From: Chiloscyllium plagiosum
Lineage: Eukaryota
Assembly: GCF_004010195.1 (NCBI RefSeq)
Contig: NC_057753.1
Span: forward strand, 4,143,656 to 4,207,655
Length of the DNA: 64,000 nt
Direction of reading: 5' to 3'
Each line of letters starts with the position of its first letter. The first letter of the stretch is position 1. This document shows positions 38,570-52,494 of this stretch, one piece after another. The notes beneath the pieces are model-generated. The model ran no database searches. It had not been told where the DNA came from and worked only from the letters and a program-made list of their open reading frames with translations. Both the position numbers and the translations under genes were made by a program.

Positions 38570-39800
38570 CATGGAACAGAAATATTATTTGACCGAAGCT
38601 AGTGTTATTCAGTAAGCAGAGTGGTACACGTACGCATTAAAAAGTGAAGCCAGAGAAAATACTTTGGTCCTTAACGCCTTCTCTGCCATTCAATGTATCA
38701 TGATGGATCTGATTTTCACCTTAGCTCCACATTCGCGCATATCCCCCCCCCCCCCCCCCCCAATCTTTCACTTCAGTGGTAATTAAGAATGTATCTACCT
38801 CTATCCGTTACTTACGCTTCAAGTGAGTTGCACTTATTTTTGAACTATGAAGTCCAGTTCCAGATGCCCCCACAAGGGAAACATGATTCCCAAATGCATT
38901 GGGTCAAGCACCCTCAGTATTTGCATTTTTCAATTAGGATTCGTCTGTCTCATTGAAATTCCAGAGCATACAGCCCTAGCCTGGCTAGCCTTTCCTCGTA
39001 AGATAAATGTGGAATAAGTTGTTTCCATAACATTACCTTCCTTCCATAAATGCAGAGAACAGTACTGCACACAAAGCTTCAGATGCTGTCTTACCTGCAT
39101 CTTCTACAACTGAAGCATAACCTCACAACACTTCTATTCAATTTCCCTCACAATAGAATAGAACAGTGTCTCAACATTCCTGATTACTTGCTCTACCTGC
39201 ATGCATATGTTTTGTGAATCGAGGACTGGGACGTTCAGATCTCCCAGCATGCAAATCTCTCAGCAATTACGTAATATGGTTCTTCTTTCTTTCATTATGT
39301 CATGATGGAAAATTTCATAATTTCCTACACTGTACTCCTTTTGTCAGATGCTGGTCAACTCACTTAAATTAGATCTGATTTTTTTTTTGTAGATTCATTA
39401 TTATCTTTCTACAATTTAATAATTGGAATGCGATTTCTAACGAGTCAAGGCTGTGCAGCAGAGTTTTTGACGTCACCACGTTTTGGAAGAGTTGAACTTC
39501 CATTGCTACTTTAGAACCGATATTCTGCTTGTCCCTCACTGTGTTCTTCTAAAGCCAAATATTGACTCTATCTGATTGCCTTAATGTGTTCCAAGTTCCC
39601 TACTATAAATTATTTATCCGTATCTTCTGACATCATGACTATGATAGATGGTAATCTGACAGGCATGAATTTTTCCACCGGCTACCTTATTGCGCTTTTT
39701 TTTGATAAATGAGATGCATTCCCTGTTTCTAGTCAAACGGAACCGAACTCGAAAATAAGAATATGGGAAAATTAAAACCAATGCATCAAACTTGCGTACA
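38570..39800 (-). mobile_element. Old, heavily degraded CR1-type LINE 3' half (includes a C-run at ~38742-38761)
   Basis: Scattered minus-strand CR1 3' and RT-like phrases; no intact ORF. Confidence 0.5.
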
Positions 39801-40214
39801 GCAATGCCCTAAATGATTACAGGAAATCTACTTTCTGCTCGCTGTACCAACACCTCTAAATAAAGCCATTGCTAACAAGCCTTTGTCTTATCCATAAAAG
39901 ATGATTCCACCACACCTTTACTTTTAAGACTTCTACTATCTTATTCACATTTATGTCACGGGGACAGAGAAGTGATGCCTGGTGTTGTTGATTGATGTCT
40001 TGCGTGGGAGTTTAACCATGAAAAATCGTGAATTCTCCTCTACTGTGCAGAGGAATTAACCAGGAGAAATGCTGAGATATATGCTGCTGTTGGAGATGTT
40101 TTAAACTTATGTGGCAGGGGTTTGGGAACAAGAAGAGACGACTAATAGACAGTGAGATGGAAACTGGAGTCCGTAAGGATCACAAAGTTAGCATGACAAA
40201 GAGAAAGAGTAGGC

Positions 40215-42910
40215 AGAGCACCAATGAACGCAAAAGAACTGGCGGCCTGAAGTGCATATACTTTAATGCAAGGAGTATCGTGGGTAAGGCAGAAGAACTT
40301 AGGACTTGGATTGGTGCCTGGGAGTATGACGTTATTGCAATCACAGAGACTTTGTTGAAGGAAGAGCATGATTGGCAACTAAATGTTCCAGGTTATAGTT
40401 GCTTCAAACAGGATAAGGAGGGACATAAAAGGAGTGGGGAGGAGTTGCATTGATGGTAAGGGATGATATCATGGCTCTGTTAATGGAGGACACTACGGAG
40501 GGCTTGAGCAGTGAGGCATTATGGGTGGAGCTGAGAAATAAGAAGGGTGAAGTTACATTGGTGGGGCTGTATTACAGGCCTCCCAAGAGTGATCGTGAGG
40601 TAGAAGAACAAATAGGTAAACAGATTATGAAAGATATAAAGGCAACGTGGTAGTGGTGGTGGGAGATTTTAAAATTCCCAACATTGACTGGGATACACTT
40701 CATGTCAGAAGTCTGGATGTGACAGAATTTGTAAGGAGCACCCCGGAGAGCTTTCTATAGTAGTATGCTAATACTGCAACAAGGGAAGGGGCCATATTGG
40801 ACCTGGTTTTGAGGAATCTGCCATGTCAGGTGGTAGAATTTGCAGTCGGTGATTTCTTTGGGAATAGTGACCACAATACTGTCAGTTTTAGAATACTCGT
40901 CGACAAAGATGAGAGTGGTCCGAATGGACGAGTACTAAATTGGGCCAAGGCCAAATATGTTAAAATTATGCAGGAGCTGGGAAATGTCGATTGGACACAA
41001 CTATTTGAAGGAAAGTCCACATTTGATATGTGGGAGGCTTTTAAAGATAGATTGAAGATAGTGCAGGGAAGACATGTCCCTTTGAAAACAAGTGAAAGGA
41101 AAGACAGGATTCGTGAACCGTGGATGACAGGAGAAATCGTGTGACTAGCCAAGAGGAAAAGGGAATCGTAAATTATCTCCAAGCAGCTATGAACAGAACG
41201 GGCCCTGGAGGAATATTAGAAGCGTAGGAGAAGTCTTAAACGAGGAATCAAGCAGACTAAAAGAGGTCATGAATAGCTTTGGCGAGCAGAATTTGGGAGA
41301 ATCCCAAGGTCTTTTATTCTTATATTAGAAGCAAGAGGGTAACTAGAGAAAGGGTTGGTCCAATAAAGGATAAGGAAAGAAGGTTGTATGTCGAACCTGA
41401 GAAAATGGGTGAGATTCACAATGATTACTTTGCATCAGTGTTCACTGAGGAACAGATGTTAGGGGTAGGTTCTTCACTCAGTGAGTCGTTAGTTCATGGA
41501 ATGCCCTGCCAGTAACAGTGGTGGACTCTCCCTCTTTATGGGCATTTAAGAGGGCATTGGATAGGTATATGGAGGATAGTGGGTTAGTGTAGTTTAGGTG
41601 GGCTTGGATCGGCGCAACATCGAGGGCCCAAGGGCCTGTACTGCGCTGTATTCTTCTATGTTCTATGTTCTATGTTCTATGTTCTAGGTCATGAATAGCT
41701 TTGGCGAGCAGAATTTGGGAGAATCCCAAGGTCTTTTATTCTTATATTAGAAGCAAGAGGGTAACTAGAGAAAGGGTTGGTCCAATAAAGGATAAGGAAA
41801 GAAGGTGATGTGTTGAAATTGAGAACGTGGGTGAGATTCTCAATTATTACTTTGTATCAGTGTTCACTGAAGAACGGGAAGTGATGAATGCTGAGATTAG
41901 AGGTAGAAGTCTTTCTACTCTGGATCACGTTGAACAGAAGGAGGGAAGATGTGTTGGGTAGGCTAAAGGATATTAAGGTGGCCAAATCCCCAGGACTGGA
42001 AGCGATCTATCCCAGGTTGCTGAGGGAGGCGAGAGAGGAAATAGCTGGGGCCCTGACAGATACAGTTGCAGCATCCTTAAACACAGATGAGGTGCCGGAG
42101 GGCTTCAAATTTGCTCAGCATGCCAGCTTGTACGAGAAACGTAGTATGAATATTCCGGGTAACGACAGACCAGTGAACCTGACATCTGTGGTGGGAATGT
42201 TGCTGGAGAAGGTACTGAGGGATGAAATCTCTTTATATTTGGAAAAGAATAGGCTTCTCAGTGATAGGCAACATGGTTTTGTACGGGGTAGATCGTGTCT
42301 TACCAATCTAATAGAGTTCTTTGAGGTAGTGACGAAGTTGATAGATGATGGAAGGGCTGTAGGTGACATATACATGGACTTCAATAAGGCGTTTGACATG
42401 GTAAACCAATGGAGAAGGTGCAGTCACATGGTGTGCAGGGTGTTCCAGCTAGGTGTATAAAGAACTGGTTGAGACAGAGGGTAGTAGTTGAAGGGCGTTT
42501 CTCGAAATGGAGAAAGGTGATCAGTGGTGTTCCACAGCGATCAGTGGTGGGGCCACTGTTGTTTGTGATATACATAAATGATCTGGAAGAGGGCATTGTT
42601 GGTCTGATCAATAAGTTTGCAGATGACACGAAGACTTGTGGAGTAGCAGAAAGCAGAGGGGACTGTCAAAGAATAGAGGAGAATATAGATAGATTGGAGA
42701 GTTGAGCGGAGAAGTAGAAGACGGAGTTCAATCCAGGCAAATGTGAGGTGATGTATTTTGGGAAGTCTAATTGCAGAGCGAATTATGCAGTAAACGGAAG
42801 AGCCTTGTGAAAAGGTTGATGAGCAGAGAGATCTGTGAGGTCAGGTCCATTGCGCCACGAAGGTGGCGTCACAGGTGGACAGAGTGGTCAAGAAAGCATA
42901 TGGTACGCTT
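40215..42910 (+). mobile_element. CR1/HER1 LINE ORF2 (endonuclease + RT), degenerate, with a nested insertion
   Basis: CIYFNARSIVGKAEEL...YDVIAITET; GNSDHN; RPVNLTSVVGMLLE; QHGFVRGRSCLTNLIEFF; GVPQRSVVGPLLFVIYINDL...KFADDTK. Confidence 0.95.
41452..41685 (+). mobile_element. Young 5'-truncated HER1/CR1 3' end with (TTCTATG)n tail, nested in the older CR1
   Basis: Near-identical to 46619-46845, with tail ttctatg x4. Confidence 0.92.
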
Positions 42911-42913
42911 AGT

Positions 42914-42985
42914 TAAAAATCACACAACACCAGGTTATAGTCCATCAGGTTTAATAGGAAGCACTTACTTTTGGAGCGGTGTTTT
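42914..42985 (-). mobile_element. Short terminal fragment of a Penelope-like element
   Basis: aaaaatcacacaacaccaggttatagtcc...ggaagcact...ttttggagcg resembles shark PLE terminal repeats as I recall them; not verified. Confidence 0.45.
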
Positions 42986-43726
42986 GAGATGAATGTCTGT
43001 CATCGGTATTGGAGACATTAGGAACAAGACACAGGCGTGGTTTTCCTATCTGTGGGGATAATATTTGGAATTATTATTGGATATTTTGTTGTCATTGTTC
43101 AGCATTGAGATAACCTGTCATCAAGCTGCATTAGCCTTTCATATTTAATGTCGTATAATGGAGGCAGGACGGTGACACAGATGAAAAGAAAAGGAAGTAA
43201 ATACTGCTCTGTATATCTCCCGAACTCAAGGAACATAATGTCTTATTTGTCAATATTTCCAGCTCTGTTCAGTCACATGAAGACCTAGGAAAGAAGTCAA
43301 GACACTGAGAAGATGCTGTTTTCGAATCAAGTGACTACCAACTATGTTGAGCAGTAGTGTATAGCAGAGAGCAGGCACAGACATTTGTTGGCAAAATTAA
43401 GAAGTGATGTGAGAAAACCAGCTAATGGAAACCAAACGAATTGTTTTCTTTTCCGAACTTCTAACCTTGCCTGACAGTGATGGAAGACATAAAATTATTT
43501 TATCGGATAATAGGTGGAGCTTTTCGCAATTATCTGTGCTTTATCGTCTGTGGTCGTTTTCACAGCACGGGCCTGGTGTTTTTCCCTCACTGTGGATCTG
43601 AATCCATGCCCCTCTATAGCTCTGCTTCACTACTTCCCTCCCTGATTACGTGTCTCTGCATGGATACCTGCTTGCTTTTGACTAGCGCAAAGTCAATGGT
43701 TCAAAATATCATTTTTTTCCCTGCCA

Positions 43727-46265
43727 TAGAGTTATAGATAGGTACAGCATGGAAACAGAAACTTCAGTTTAACCTGTCCATGCTAACCAGATGTCCCAAC
43801 CCAATGTAGTCCCACCTGCCAGCACCCGGCCCATATCCCTCCAAACTCTTCCTATTCATATACCCAACCAAATGCCTCTTAAATGTTGCAATTGTACCAG
43901 CCTTCACCACTTCCCCTGGCAAATCATTCCATACACTTACCACCCTCTGCGTGAAAAAGTTGCCCAATAGGTCTCTTTCCCCTCTCACCCTAAATCTATG
44001 CCCTCTAGTTCTGAACTCCCCAACACTAGGGAAAAGACTGCGTATTTACTCTATCCATGCCCCTCATAATTTTGTAAACCTCTATAAGGTCACCCCTCAG
44101 CCTCCGTCATTCCAGGAAAACAGCCCCAGCCTGTTCAGTTTCTTCCTACAGCTCAAATCCTCCAACTCTGGCAACATCCTTGTAAATCTTTCCTGAACCC
44201 TTTCAAGTTTCACAACATCGTTCCGATAGGTTGGAGACCAGAATTGCACGCAATTTTCCAACAGTGGCCTGACCAATGTCCTGTACAGCCGCAACATGAC
44301 CTCTCAACCCCTGTACTCAATACTCTGACCAAGAAAGGAAAGCATACCAAACACCTTCTTCACTATCCTATCTACCTGCGACTCCACTTTCCAGGAGATT
44401 TGAACCTGCACTCCTAGGTCTCTTTCTTCAGCAACACTCTCTGGGACCTTACATTAAGTGTATAAGTCCTGATAAGATTTGCTTTCCCAAATTTCAGCAC
44501 CTCGCATTTATCTGAATTAAACTCCATCTGCCACTTGTCCGTCCATTGGCCAAGCTGGTCAAGATCTTGTTTTAATCTGAGGTAACCCTCTTCGCTGTCC
44601 ACTACACCTCCAATTTTGGTGTCATCAACTGTACCTCTTATGCTCGCATCCAAATCATTTATGTAAATGACAAAAAGTACAGGACCCAGCTCCGATCCTT
44701 GTGGCACTCCACTGGTCACAGGCCTCCAGTCTGAAAAACAATCCTCCACCACCACCCTCTGTCTTCTACCTATGAGCCAGTTCTGTATCCAAATGACTGG
44801 TTCTCCCTGTAATCCATGAGATCTAACATTGCTAATCAGTCTCCGATGGGGAACCTTGTCGAATGCCTTACTGAAGTCCATATAGATCACATCTACCGTT
44901 CTGCCCTCATTAATCCTCTTTGTTACTTCCTCAAAAAACTCAATTAGGTTTTTGAGCCATGTTGACTATCCCTAATCAATCCTTGCCTTTCCAAATTCAT
45001 GCACATCCTCTCCCTCAGGATTCCCTGTAATAACTTGCCCACCACTGACGGTAGTCTCACTGGTCTATAGTTCCCTGGCTTGTCCTTACTACCCTACTTA
45101 AACAGTGGCACCACGTCTGCCAACCTCCAGTCTTCTGGCACCTCACTTGTCACTATCGCTGATGCAAATATCGAGGCAAGGGGCCCAACAATCACTTCTC
45201 TAGCTTCCCACAGAGGTCTAGGGTGCACCTGATCAGGTTCTGGGGATTTATCCACCTTTACCCGTTTCAAGACATCCAGCACTTCCTCCTGTGTAATATG
45301 GACATTTTGCAAGGTGTCACCATCTATTTCCCTACTTTCTGTATCTTCCATATACTTTTCCACAGCAAATGCTGATGCAAAATGCTCATTTAGTATTTCC
45401 CTCATTTTCTGTGGCTCCACACAAAGGCCGCCATGCTGATCTTTGAGGGGCCCTTTTCTCTACCTCGTTACCCTTTTGTCCTTAATGTATTTATAAAAAC
45501 TCTTTGGATTCTCCTTAATTCTATTTGCCAAAGCTATCTCATGACCCCCTTTTGCCGTCCTTATTTCCCTCTTAAGTATACTCCTACTTCCTGTATATTC
45601 TAAGGATTCACTCGATGTATCCTGTCTATAACTGACACATACTTCCTTCATTTCTTCACCATACCCTCAATTTCTTTAGTCATCCAGCATTCCTTAAACG
45701 TACCAGCCTTTCCTTTCACTCTAATAATTTCTCTGGATTTTCGTTATCTAATTTCTGAAGGCTTCCCATTTTCCAGCAGTCCCTTTACCTGCGAACATCT
45801 GCCCCCAATCAGCTTTCGAAAGTTCTTACCTAATACCGTCAAAATTGGCTTTTCTCCAATTTAGAACTTCAAATTTTAGATCTGGTCTATCCTTTTCCAT
45901 CATTATTTGAAATCAAATAGAATTATGGTGGCTGGCCACAAAGTGCTCCCCCACTGACACCTAAGTCACCTGCCCTGCCTTATTTCCCAACAGTAGGTCA
46001 AGTCTTGCACCTTCTCTCGTAGGTACTTCCGCATACTGAATCAGAAAATTGTCCTGTACACACTTAACAAATTCCTCTCCATGTAAACCCTTAACACTAT
46101 GGCGGTCCCAGGCTATGTTTGGAAAGTTAGAATCCCCATCCTTATCCACCCTATTTTTCTTACAGATGGCTGAGATCTCCTTACAAGTTTATTTGTCAAT
46201 TTCCCTCTGACTGTTAAGGGGCCTATAATACAACCCCAGTAATGTTATCATGTCTTTCTTATTTC
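43727..46265 (-). mobile_element. 5'-truncated CR1/HER1 LINE (~2.5 kb), relatively young
   Basis: PTREGARLDLLLGN; VDKSPEPDQVHPR; YMDFSKAFDKVPH...GVPQGSELGP; LYRTLVRPLLENCVQFWSP; FFTQRVVSVWNDLP; tail ctataactctatg. Confidence 0.95.
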
Positions 46266-46580
46266 TCAGACCTGCATGGGTTAATGGCCATGTGTGTTCT
46301 CCAGCGCATCAACAGCATTTTCTCTTTTCAATTAAAATTTTCAGCAATTGCCCTACTTTGTGATTCATTTGTTGTCGGCGTTGCTCACAGTTCTGAGTCC
46401 GAAAACGTTGACAAACAATGTAAGGATGTTTGATATTAGGGTTCGTGGTCGTTTTGTAGTTGGCCCGTGACCCAATTTAAACTGAGAAACTGAATCATTA
46501 CAATACAACGTTCCCAGTGTAGTTCTTTGTGGAAGCACAGTGGTCCACCCTACTCTCCTCCCCTTTCACTAACAAGACAA

Positions 46581-46845
46581 GGGGGCATAGCTTTAAATTA
46601 AGGGGGGGTAGGTATAGGACAGATGTAAGGGGTAGGTTCTTTACTCAGCGAGTCGTGAGTTCATGGAATGCCCTGCCAGTAGCAGTGGTGGACTCTCCCT
46701 CATTATGGGCATTTAAGCGGGCATTGGATAGGCATATGGAGGATAGTGGGCTAGTGTAGGTTAGGTGGGCTTGGATCGGCGCAACATCAAGGGCCGAAGG
46801 GCCTGTACTGCGCTGTATTCTTCTATGTTATATGTTCTATGTTCT
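46581..46845 (+). mobile_element. Young 5'-truncated HER1/CR1 3' end with 7-bp TSD (aagacaa)
   Basis: RGHSFKLRGGRYRTDVRGRFFTQRVVSSWNALP. TSD at 46574-46580 and 46846-46852. The empty site actaacaagataaccatat is at ~27952. Confidence 0.93.
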
Positions 46846-47602
46846 AAGACAACCATATATAGTTCAATCTCCCAGGACCATTGGATAGACGGATGGTTGA
46901 ATTTCTTGAACTTCTGCATACTCTATTGTGACGATACAGATTCACATATGTATCATGATGCACAAGGAAGCCATTCAGCCCATACTGCTTGCACCAGCTC
47001 TGCAATTAATTTTATGGCACAGTGCCATCTGCCTGCACATTATCTATCTTCTGTTATTCCCAATACTTTTTAGAATGACTCACTCTAACTTGCTTTCATT
47101 GCACTTCCAGGCAGTGTCCTCCACAATGGAATTCTTCTGGCACCACAAATTAAGCAGTATGAAAATGATATCGTTCAGATAAATGCTTAGCTGGAGAAAT
47201 AGCTCCCAGGGTTTCAGGCCTTAGGTTGCTGGGACTTTGGACCACTTTGTGAGTGGTGCAGTCTGTAGAAGGCGAATGCGTTGCACCTACAGTGGTTTGG
47301 TCCAATGATCCTTCCATGTTAATCTCTTCTTGCTGGTATTGTTGGGATACATATAGAGAGGAAAAAAATCTTGGAAAGAAGTGGTATACAGAGTGAATGT
47401 TCTGTCAGGGACGAATAATGGTCAACATAATAAACAACAAGTGACTCAAAATACATTGATATTACAGGGCAGTTATGCATGACAAGTTTTGGACTGGTTC
47501 AGTGTTATTGCTTAAATAAAAATGGATATATTGAATTTCTCTGTTGTTGCAAAATGTCCTTGGTGATGAATTGTGTGCACTACATGATAGCTCAGGTTAT
47601 TT

Positions 47603-47900
47603 GGGCGGCACGGTGACACAGTGGTTAGCACTGCTGCACTCACAGTGCTGGAGACCCGGGTTCAGGCAGCTGTCTGTGTGGAGTTTGCACATTCTCCCTG
47701 TGACTGTGTGAGTTTCCTCCGGGTGCTCCGGTTTCCTCCCACAGTCCAAAAATGTGTAGGTTAGGTGAATTGGCTATGCTAAATTGCCTGTAGTGTTAGG
47801 TGAAGAGGGGAAAGAGTCTGGGTGGGTTGCTCTTCGGTGGGTCGGTGTGGATGTGTTGCGCCTAAGGACCTGTTTCCACACTGTCAGTAGTCTAATCTAA
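47603..47900 (+). mobile_element. HE1-type V-SINE, full length
   Basis: gggcggcacggtgacacagtggttagcactgctg head, V core, and tail cctgtttccacactg...tctaatctaa. The empty site is in the paralog at ~36897. Confidence 0.93.
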
Positions 47901-48541
47901 TTTTAATCCAGTTAGTTAATTTATAGAAAACAAAATTGTCATCTTAAATAATGTTAAATGTCTATCTTCTGGATTGGCATTCATGCCAGTGTTAGTTTAT
48001 TTTCTTCAGTTATCCTTTTGTTCCCAAATTAATCAAGAGACAAATGCGGGAGGGGGCGTGCGATGCTCACAGAATATCATCTATGGATGAGAAGATAAAG
48101 CAGATTTAATATTTCGAGTGCAGTGATCTTTCTTCTCTCCACTGTTGTTTCGAGACCTGCTGTGTTTCTTCAGCAATTGCTGTTATTGTTTCAGATATTC
48201 AGTATCGTTATTCTATAGGCTGTATAATACAAGAAGAGATTACAGTCACATTTTGGTGTCCACCTTTAATTTCAAATTGTTCAACGCTTTTTTCCCCTTT
48301 TATTTCAACAGTTGAAAATGCCATATATGTACAGATGAGAGTTTTGAACTTCTAACTCCAAAGTTGGTGCCAAAGTATTCACGGACTCTCTTGAAAATGA
48401 ATGAAATTTGATTGTGAGGAGACAACCAACTGATAGAGTCCTGAACAGTGAGTGAGGGTCTGAAATGAAACGATGATATTTTGGGGCATAAACATGATGT
48501 GGGAAGTGTCAAAAAGAAAAGAACAGAATATAACTCTTAAT

Positions 48542-49410
48542 TTATTTTGGGTTTGAGTATTTAAACAACGAAATAATCAGATTCAAACAGTACTGCATCC
48601 CATTCATTCACTCTTTTCTAACTTTGTTCTGGATACCTGCATAAATGAACGGCTTAATGCAGGAGTTCAAGAGTTGAAGCATATAACCGCTTTCCTCCAG
48701 AATAACATTGGATTCGGTGGAAGTTGAAGCAGTGAATAACTAATACTTGCAACTGGAAGATAGAGGAAGTTAGAAGAATTAACGGGATAAAACTTCCCCA
48801 GACACAGAAAAGTAAAACTACGGACTTTTTCCTCTTCTCCATTTCTGGGTCAATCTGATCCTGTGTATTCCTATGCGTCCAAAGCCGTCTGCGGGCATTA
48901 GCAGCTGCTAGAATATGCCTGACGGTTAAAACATTGAGTAACAAAATAATAATGAACGGAAGACAAGCAGATAAAATCCATATAGGTGACGAATAATAGA
49001 TTATTTTGGTGTTGCAGTACCAAAGCACAGGTTAACATGTTAAGTACACAGGGAATTTCGAGCACAGCTCAGAGCACAGACAAAGCCTACAATAATAACT
49101 GCTGTTTTCCTGGTGCAATATTTGTTTTTCAGCCCTGGGCAACAAATTGGTGTAAATTGATATATAGTAAAAGCGACAGAAACCCATATAGAAGAATCCC
49201 TGATAACATAAATTAGAGCAAAACTGAAAGCAAGTATCGGAGTGATGCAAAGGAAACTCAGTGACAAGTGCCAACCTAAAAGACGATTTATTATTACACC
49301 AGTAACCATGACCAGGAGATTTGTTACTGCCAGAGATATCATGTAGAGAGCAATACATCTGGAGAGACCATATCGTTTCCAAGACTAGATCAGAATCACT
49401 GCCAAATCTG
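48542..49410 (-). pseudogene. Divergent GPR139-like pseudogene, exon 2, inverted relative to the other copies
   Basis: Minus-strand acceptor ttttgcag at 49411-49418, then ADLAVILI*SWKRYGLSRCIALYMISLAVTNLL...DSSIWVSVAFTIYQF...CLPFIIILLLNVLTVRHILAAANARRRL...DPEMEKRKKSVVLLF...PFIYAG. Contains stops and frameshifts. Confidence 0.88.
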
Positions 49411-50519
49411 CTGCAAAATATAAATGTAGAGAGTGAATAAGCGTCAGAAGGAAATAAATGTTTAGGAAATGTTGGAAACAAAGCTGATGAAACAATTGCA
49501 GTTTTTTTCAAGTTTGGCAACGTTTGCATCCTATTGGAGGCAATCACATCATAGCACACTTTGAACTCTCAATTTTGGTCATGAATTTGGCTGAAATCTT
49601 CCCACTAAATCCAACAATGAACTTTGATATTTAAACTTCTTGTCTGAGAGAGGGAAAATAGAATGAAATATGGCCTCATTTGCTGCATAAATATCGTCTT
49701 TGACAAGAAAAGACTGCTATACTTTGAATGTTATAGTGGCGAGCAACTAACATTAAAGAACAGAAATAAACAAGCAATGTCACGAATACAGGCATTTAAT
49801 ATCAGCCATAGAGACCAAAAATGTAAACATTCTTTCTGTCACAGAAGGAATGGACTTTGTATTGAAAATCAAAGAGAACCATTACTCTTTCTGCTGTCTG
49901 TACCAACAGTACTAGGTAAACCCATAGCTACCAATTCCATGTCTTTTCCGTAAAAAAAGTTTGTTCCACACCTTTAGTCCTATAACTTCTATTTATCTTG
50001 TTAACATTTATGCCACGTGGATGAATAAATTTTTCTGGTGTTGCTAATTAAGATCTTGAGTGGCAGATTAACCATAAAAATTCTTGATTGCCTTTTGACT
50101 GTGTGTAGGAATCAAGCAGGAAGAAAGTGCTGAGATAGTTAATTATCAAGGCAGACGATATTTTCCTTAGAAAGTGCAATCAAATAGAGGGCAGTAAAGA
50201 GATGGAGAGAGAAAAATAAAAATGGACACTACTCAAGAAACCATGGCTAGACAGAAATATGCATAAGAAAAGTCATGGACAAAAACAAATGATACTTTCG
50301 AGGACAGAGATAGCTGGAGACGGGCATGGTGAAATAATTAAACCTTCACCATTATATCCCTTTGTTCCTCATTGGCGGTAAAGAACGATTATAGACATAA
50401 AGCACGTTCATAATGAAGACGTCTGCAAATACTTAAAAGCTAATAAAATTCACGTTGAACTGCAATTACTGTTCCATTATAATGGGCACGTCAGAATAGA
50501 ATTGTGGAATCTTTCACAA

Positions 50520-52494
50520 TTGTTTTGGTTTTTCATCATTCTTTTTTTATTCAGCTAATTTCTCGAAACTGAATCTATCCACTTTTTCTTACAATGGTTC
50601 TTGTTCTTGTACAAGTATTTGAGCAGGGTGGTCTCTGATGATTGAAATTCAACTTCTTCATCTACAATCTTTGATTTCTCGAACTTTTTTAAACTGTGAC
50701 TTTGTGAACTCGGAACAATACATTCAGGCAAAATCGCAGGGTATACATCTTGTAACATCACAGCTGCTTGATTTTCCACTGGCATTTCAACTACAATTGG
50801 AATCCCTGTCACCTGTGATCCATCTCTATCATTACCAAGGATAAACTGTATTTCCAGAACAGAGAATTTCTGCATTTCTCTTGCCACCACTTCACTACCT
50901 TAACCGGAGCCCTCCTTTCTCACTTTATATCATGGAACGCTGTTCTTCTCATCGTGATTTCCACATATTACTACCTTTTCTGACAATACTCCTTCTGAGT
51001 TACATATTTCTTAAACGCACAGCATCACGTGCTCCCGTATCTCTTAAAATTTTAATTCCTTTACCTGCTCCGACTGGCATATCGAGGTAAACCTTACTCT
51101 CACCAGTAAATTCTTTGAAGAAAACTGTTGCTTTCTTCACAGTTAACCCCCACCTTTTTCATCATCCTGTTGAGCTTTTCTGCTTCCATGGTGCTTTGCA
51201 TTCTCACTTATACAAAACTAACTGGTGTATCCTGGTTTCTCAAATTTGTCTTGCCAGTGTTTTTCCGAAACCACCAACACCTTGACTTCATATGGCCAAC
51301 GTGTCAAGTAATTGGAAAATCTCAGACAGTGTTAAAACCAGCACTCTTAATACCCATCGCCACGTTTGAGAAACCATTCATGAGTGACTTAATAAAGTGA
51401 ATAGTATCCCAACCTAAGACAAAGAAATGGGAAACAATATTTGTTGACCATAATGGACGTGTCCACAAGGTTTCTCTAATCCATCCCATTTTGTATATCA
51501 TGTTTCAATTGATTGTAGAAGAGTTAATCGCTCATTTTAAAAATTATTAAGTATGTCTGACAAACAGAAAGGTAACCCCAAATCCATCATTTCTGCCAAT
51601 TCCATCCGCTTTGCTTTGCTCACTTTCTGTAAAATTCCCAAAACGACTTCTTCCAAACCGAGAAAATTCGTAATGTATGAAAGAGCAATTACTGGACAAG
51701 GCGCACGTTATTTGCTCCAAACCAATTAACACCGGAAATAAAATGCACCAACACTTAACATTCCTTGCGTTTCAGTCCAATAATCCTTAACACAATCTGG
51801 AATTTGAGATTTTGATCACGACAAGAGCCGCCAATTTGCTATGGAGAAACCAAATCCCCCACAAAATATAGTAAGAAAATTATTTACACCCTAACTTTTC
51901 TTCTTATTGTAAGGGTAGGTGTAAGGCGTTGCGTTTTGAGTGCAGTTCAATTGTTCAAGCTACCAGGTTTGAAGTAAAATATACTTTATTCATTCACTAT
52001 ATTTAAAATACAGACAAAGTAAAAATAAAAAAAAAACAATTGGCTTAACTGTAATTTCATCAAAATGCTTAACATGATGTTATGTATTAAGTACTACTAA
52101 TTAACTGCTCCAATAATGGTAATGTCTCATACAAAAAAAAAACCCTTGGCAAACACAAATTTAGTTAAATATATTGGCTCACATACAATTGCAGCAGCAG
52201 GAAGAGACATCTTGCTTTTATCTATAGCAAAGAGGAATACGACCTTCCACAACCGAATTTACGATTGTAGCAAATGCTACTGAAGGCTGCAAATAAAAAA
52301 TAGTTAATGTTTCTGTGGCAGATTAAGGAAACTCACCCATGCTGCTTCTATTGTTCTAACTTTAAAAGAGAAACAAACATCACAAACCCCACTTTATTGG
52401 TTTTGGAGCAGACTGCTCAGCTGCTCTGTCTCAACTTTTCTTCATAAAACAAAGCAGAACATCAGACCTCCCTTTAAGCCATAGTATTGTCACA
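50520..52494 (-). mobile_element. Gmr1-like Gypsy remnant: 5' LTR (51837-52494), degenerate tRNA-Pro-like PBS, gag and protease-linker fragments
   Basis: LTR TGTGACA...ccatagCA. PBS tggcggctcttgtcgtgatc (cf. TGGGGGCTCGTCCGGGAT). Zinc-knuckle remnant VGHMKSRCWWFRK at ~51260-51300, then IQFILGNDRDGSQV...PECIVPSSQ. Confidence 0.75.
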
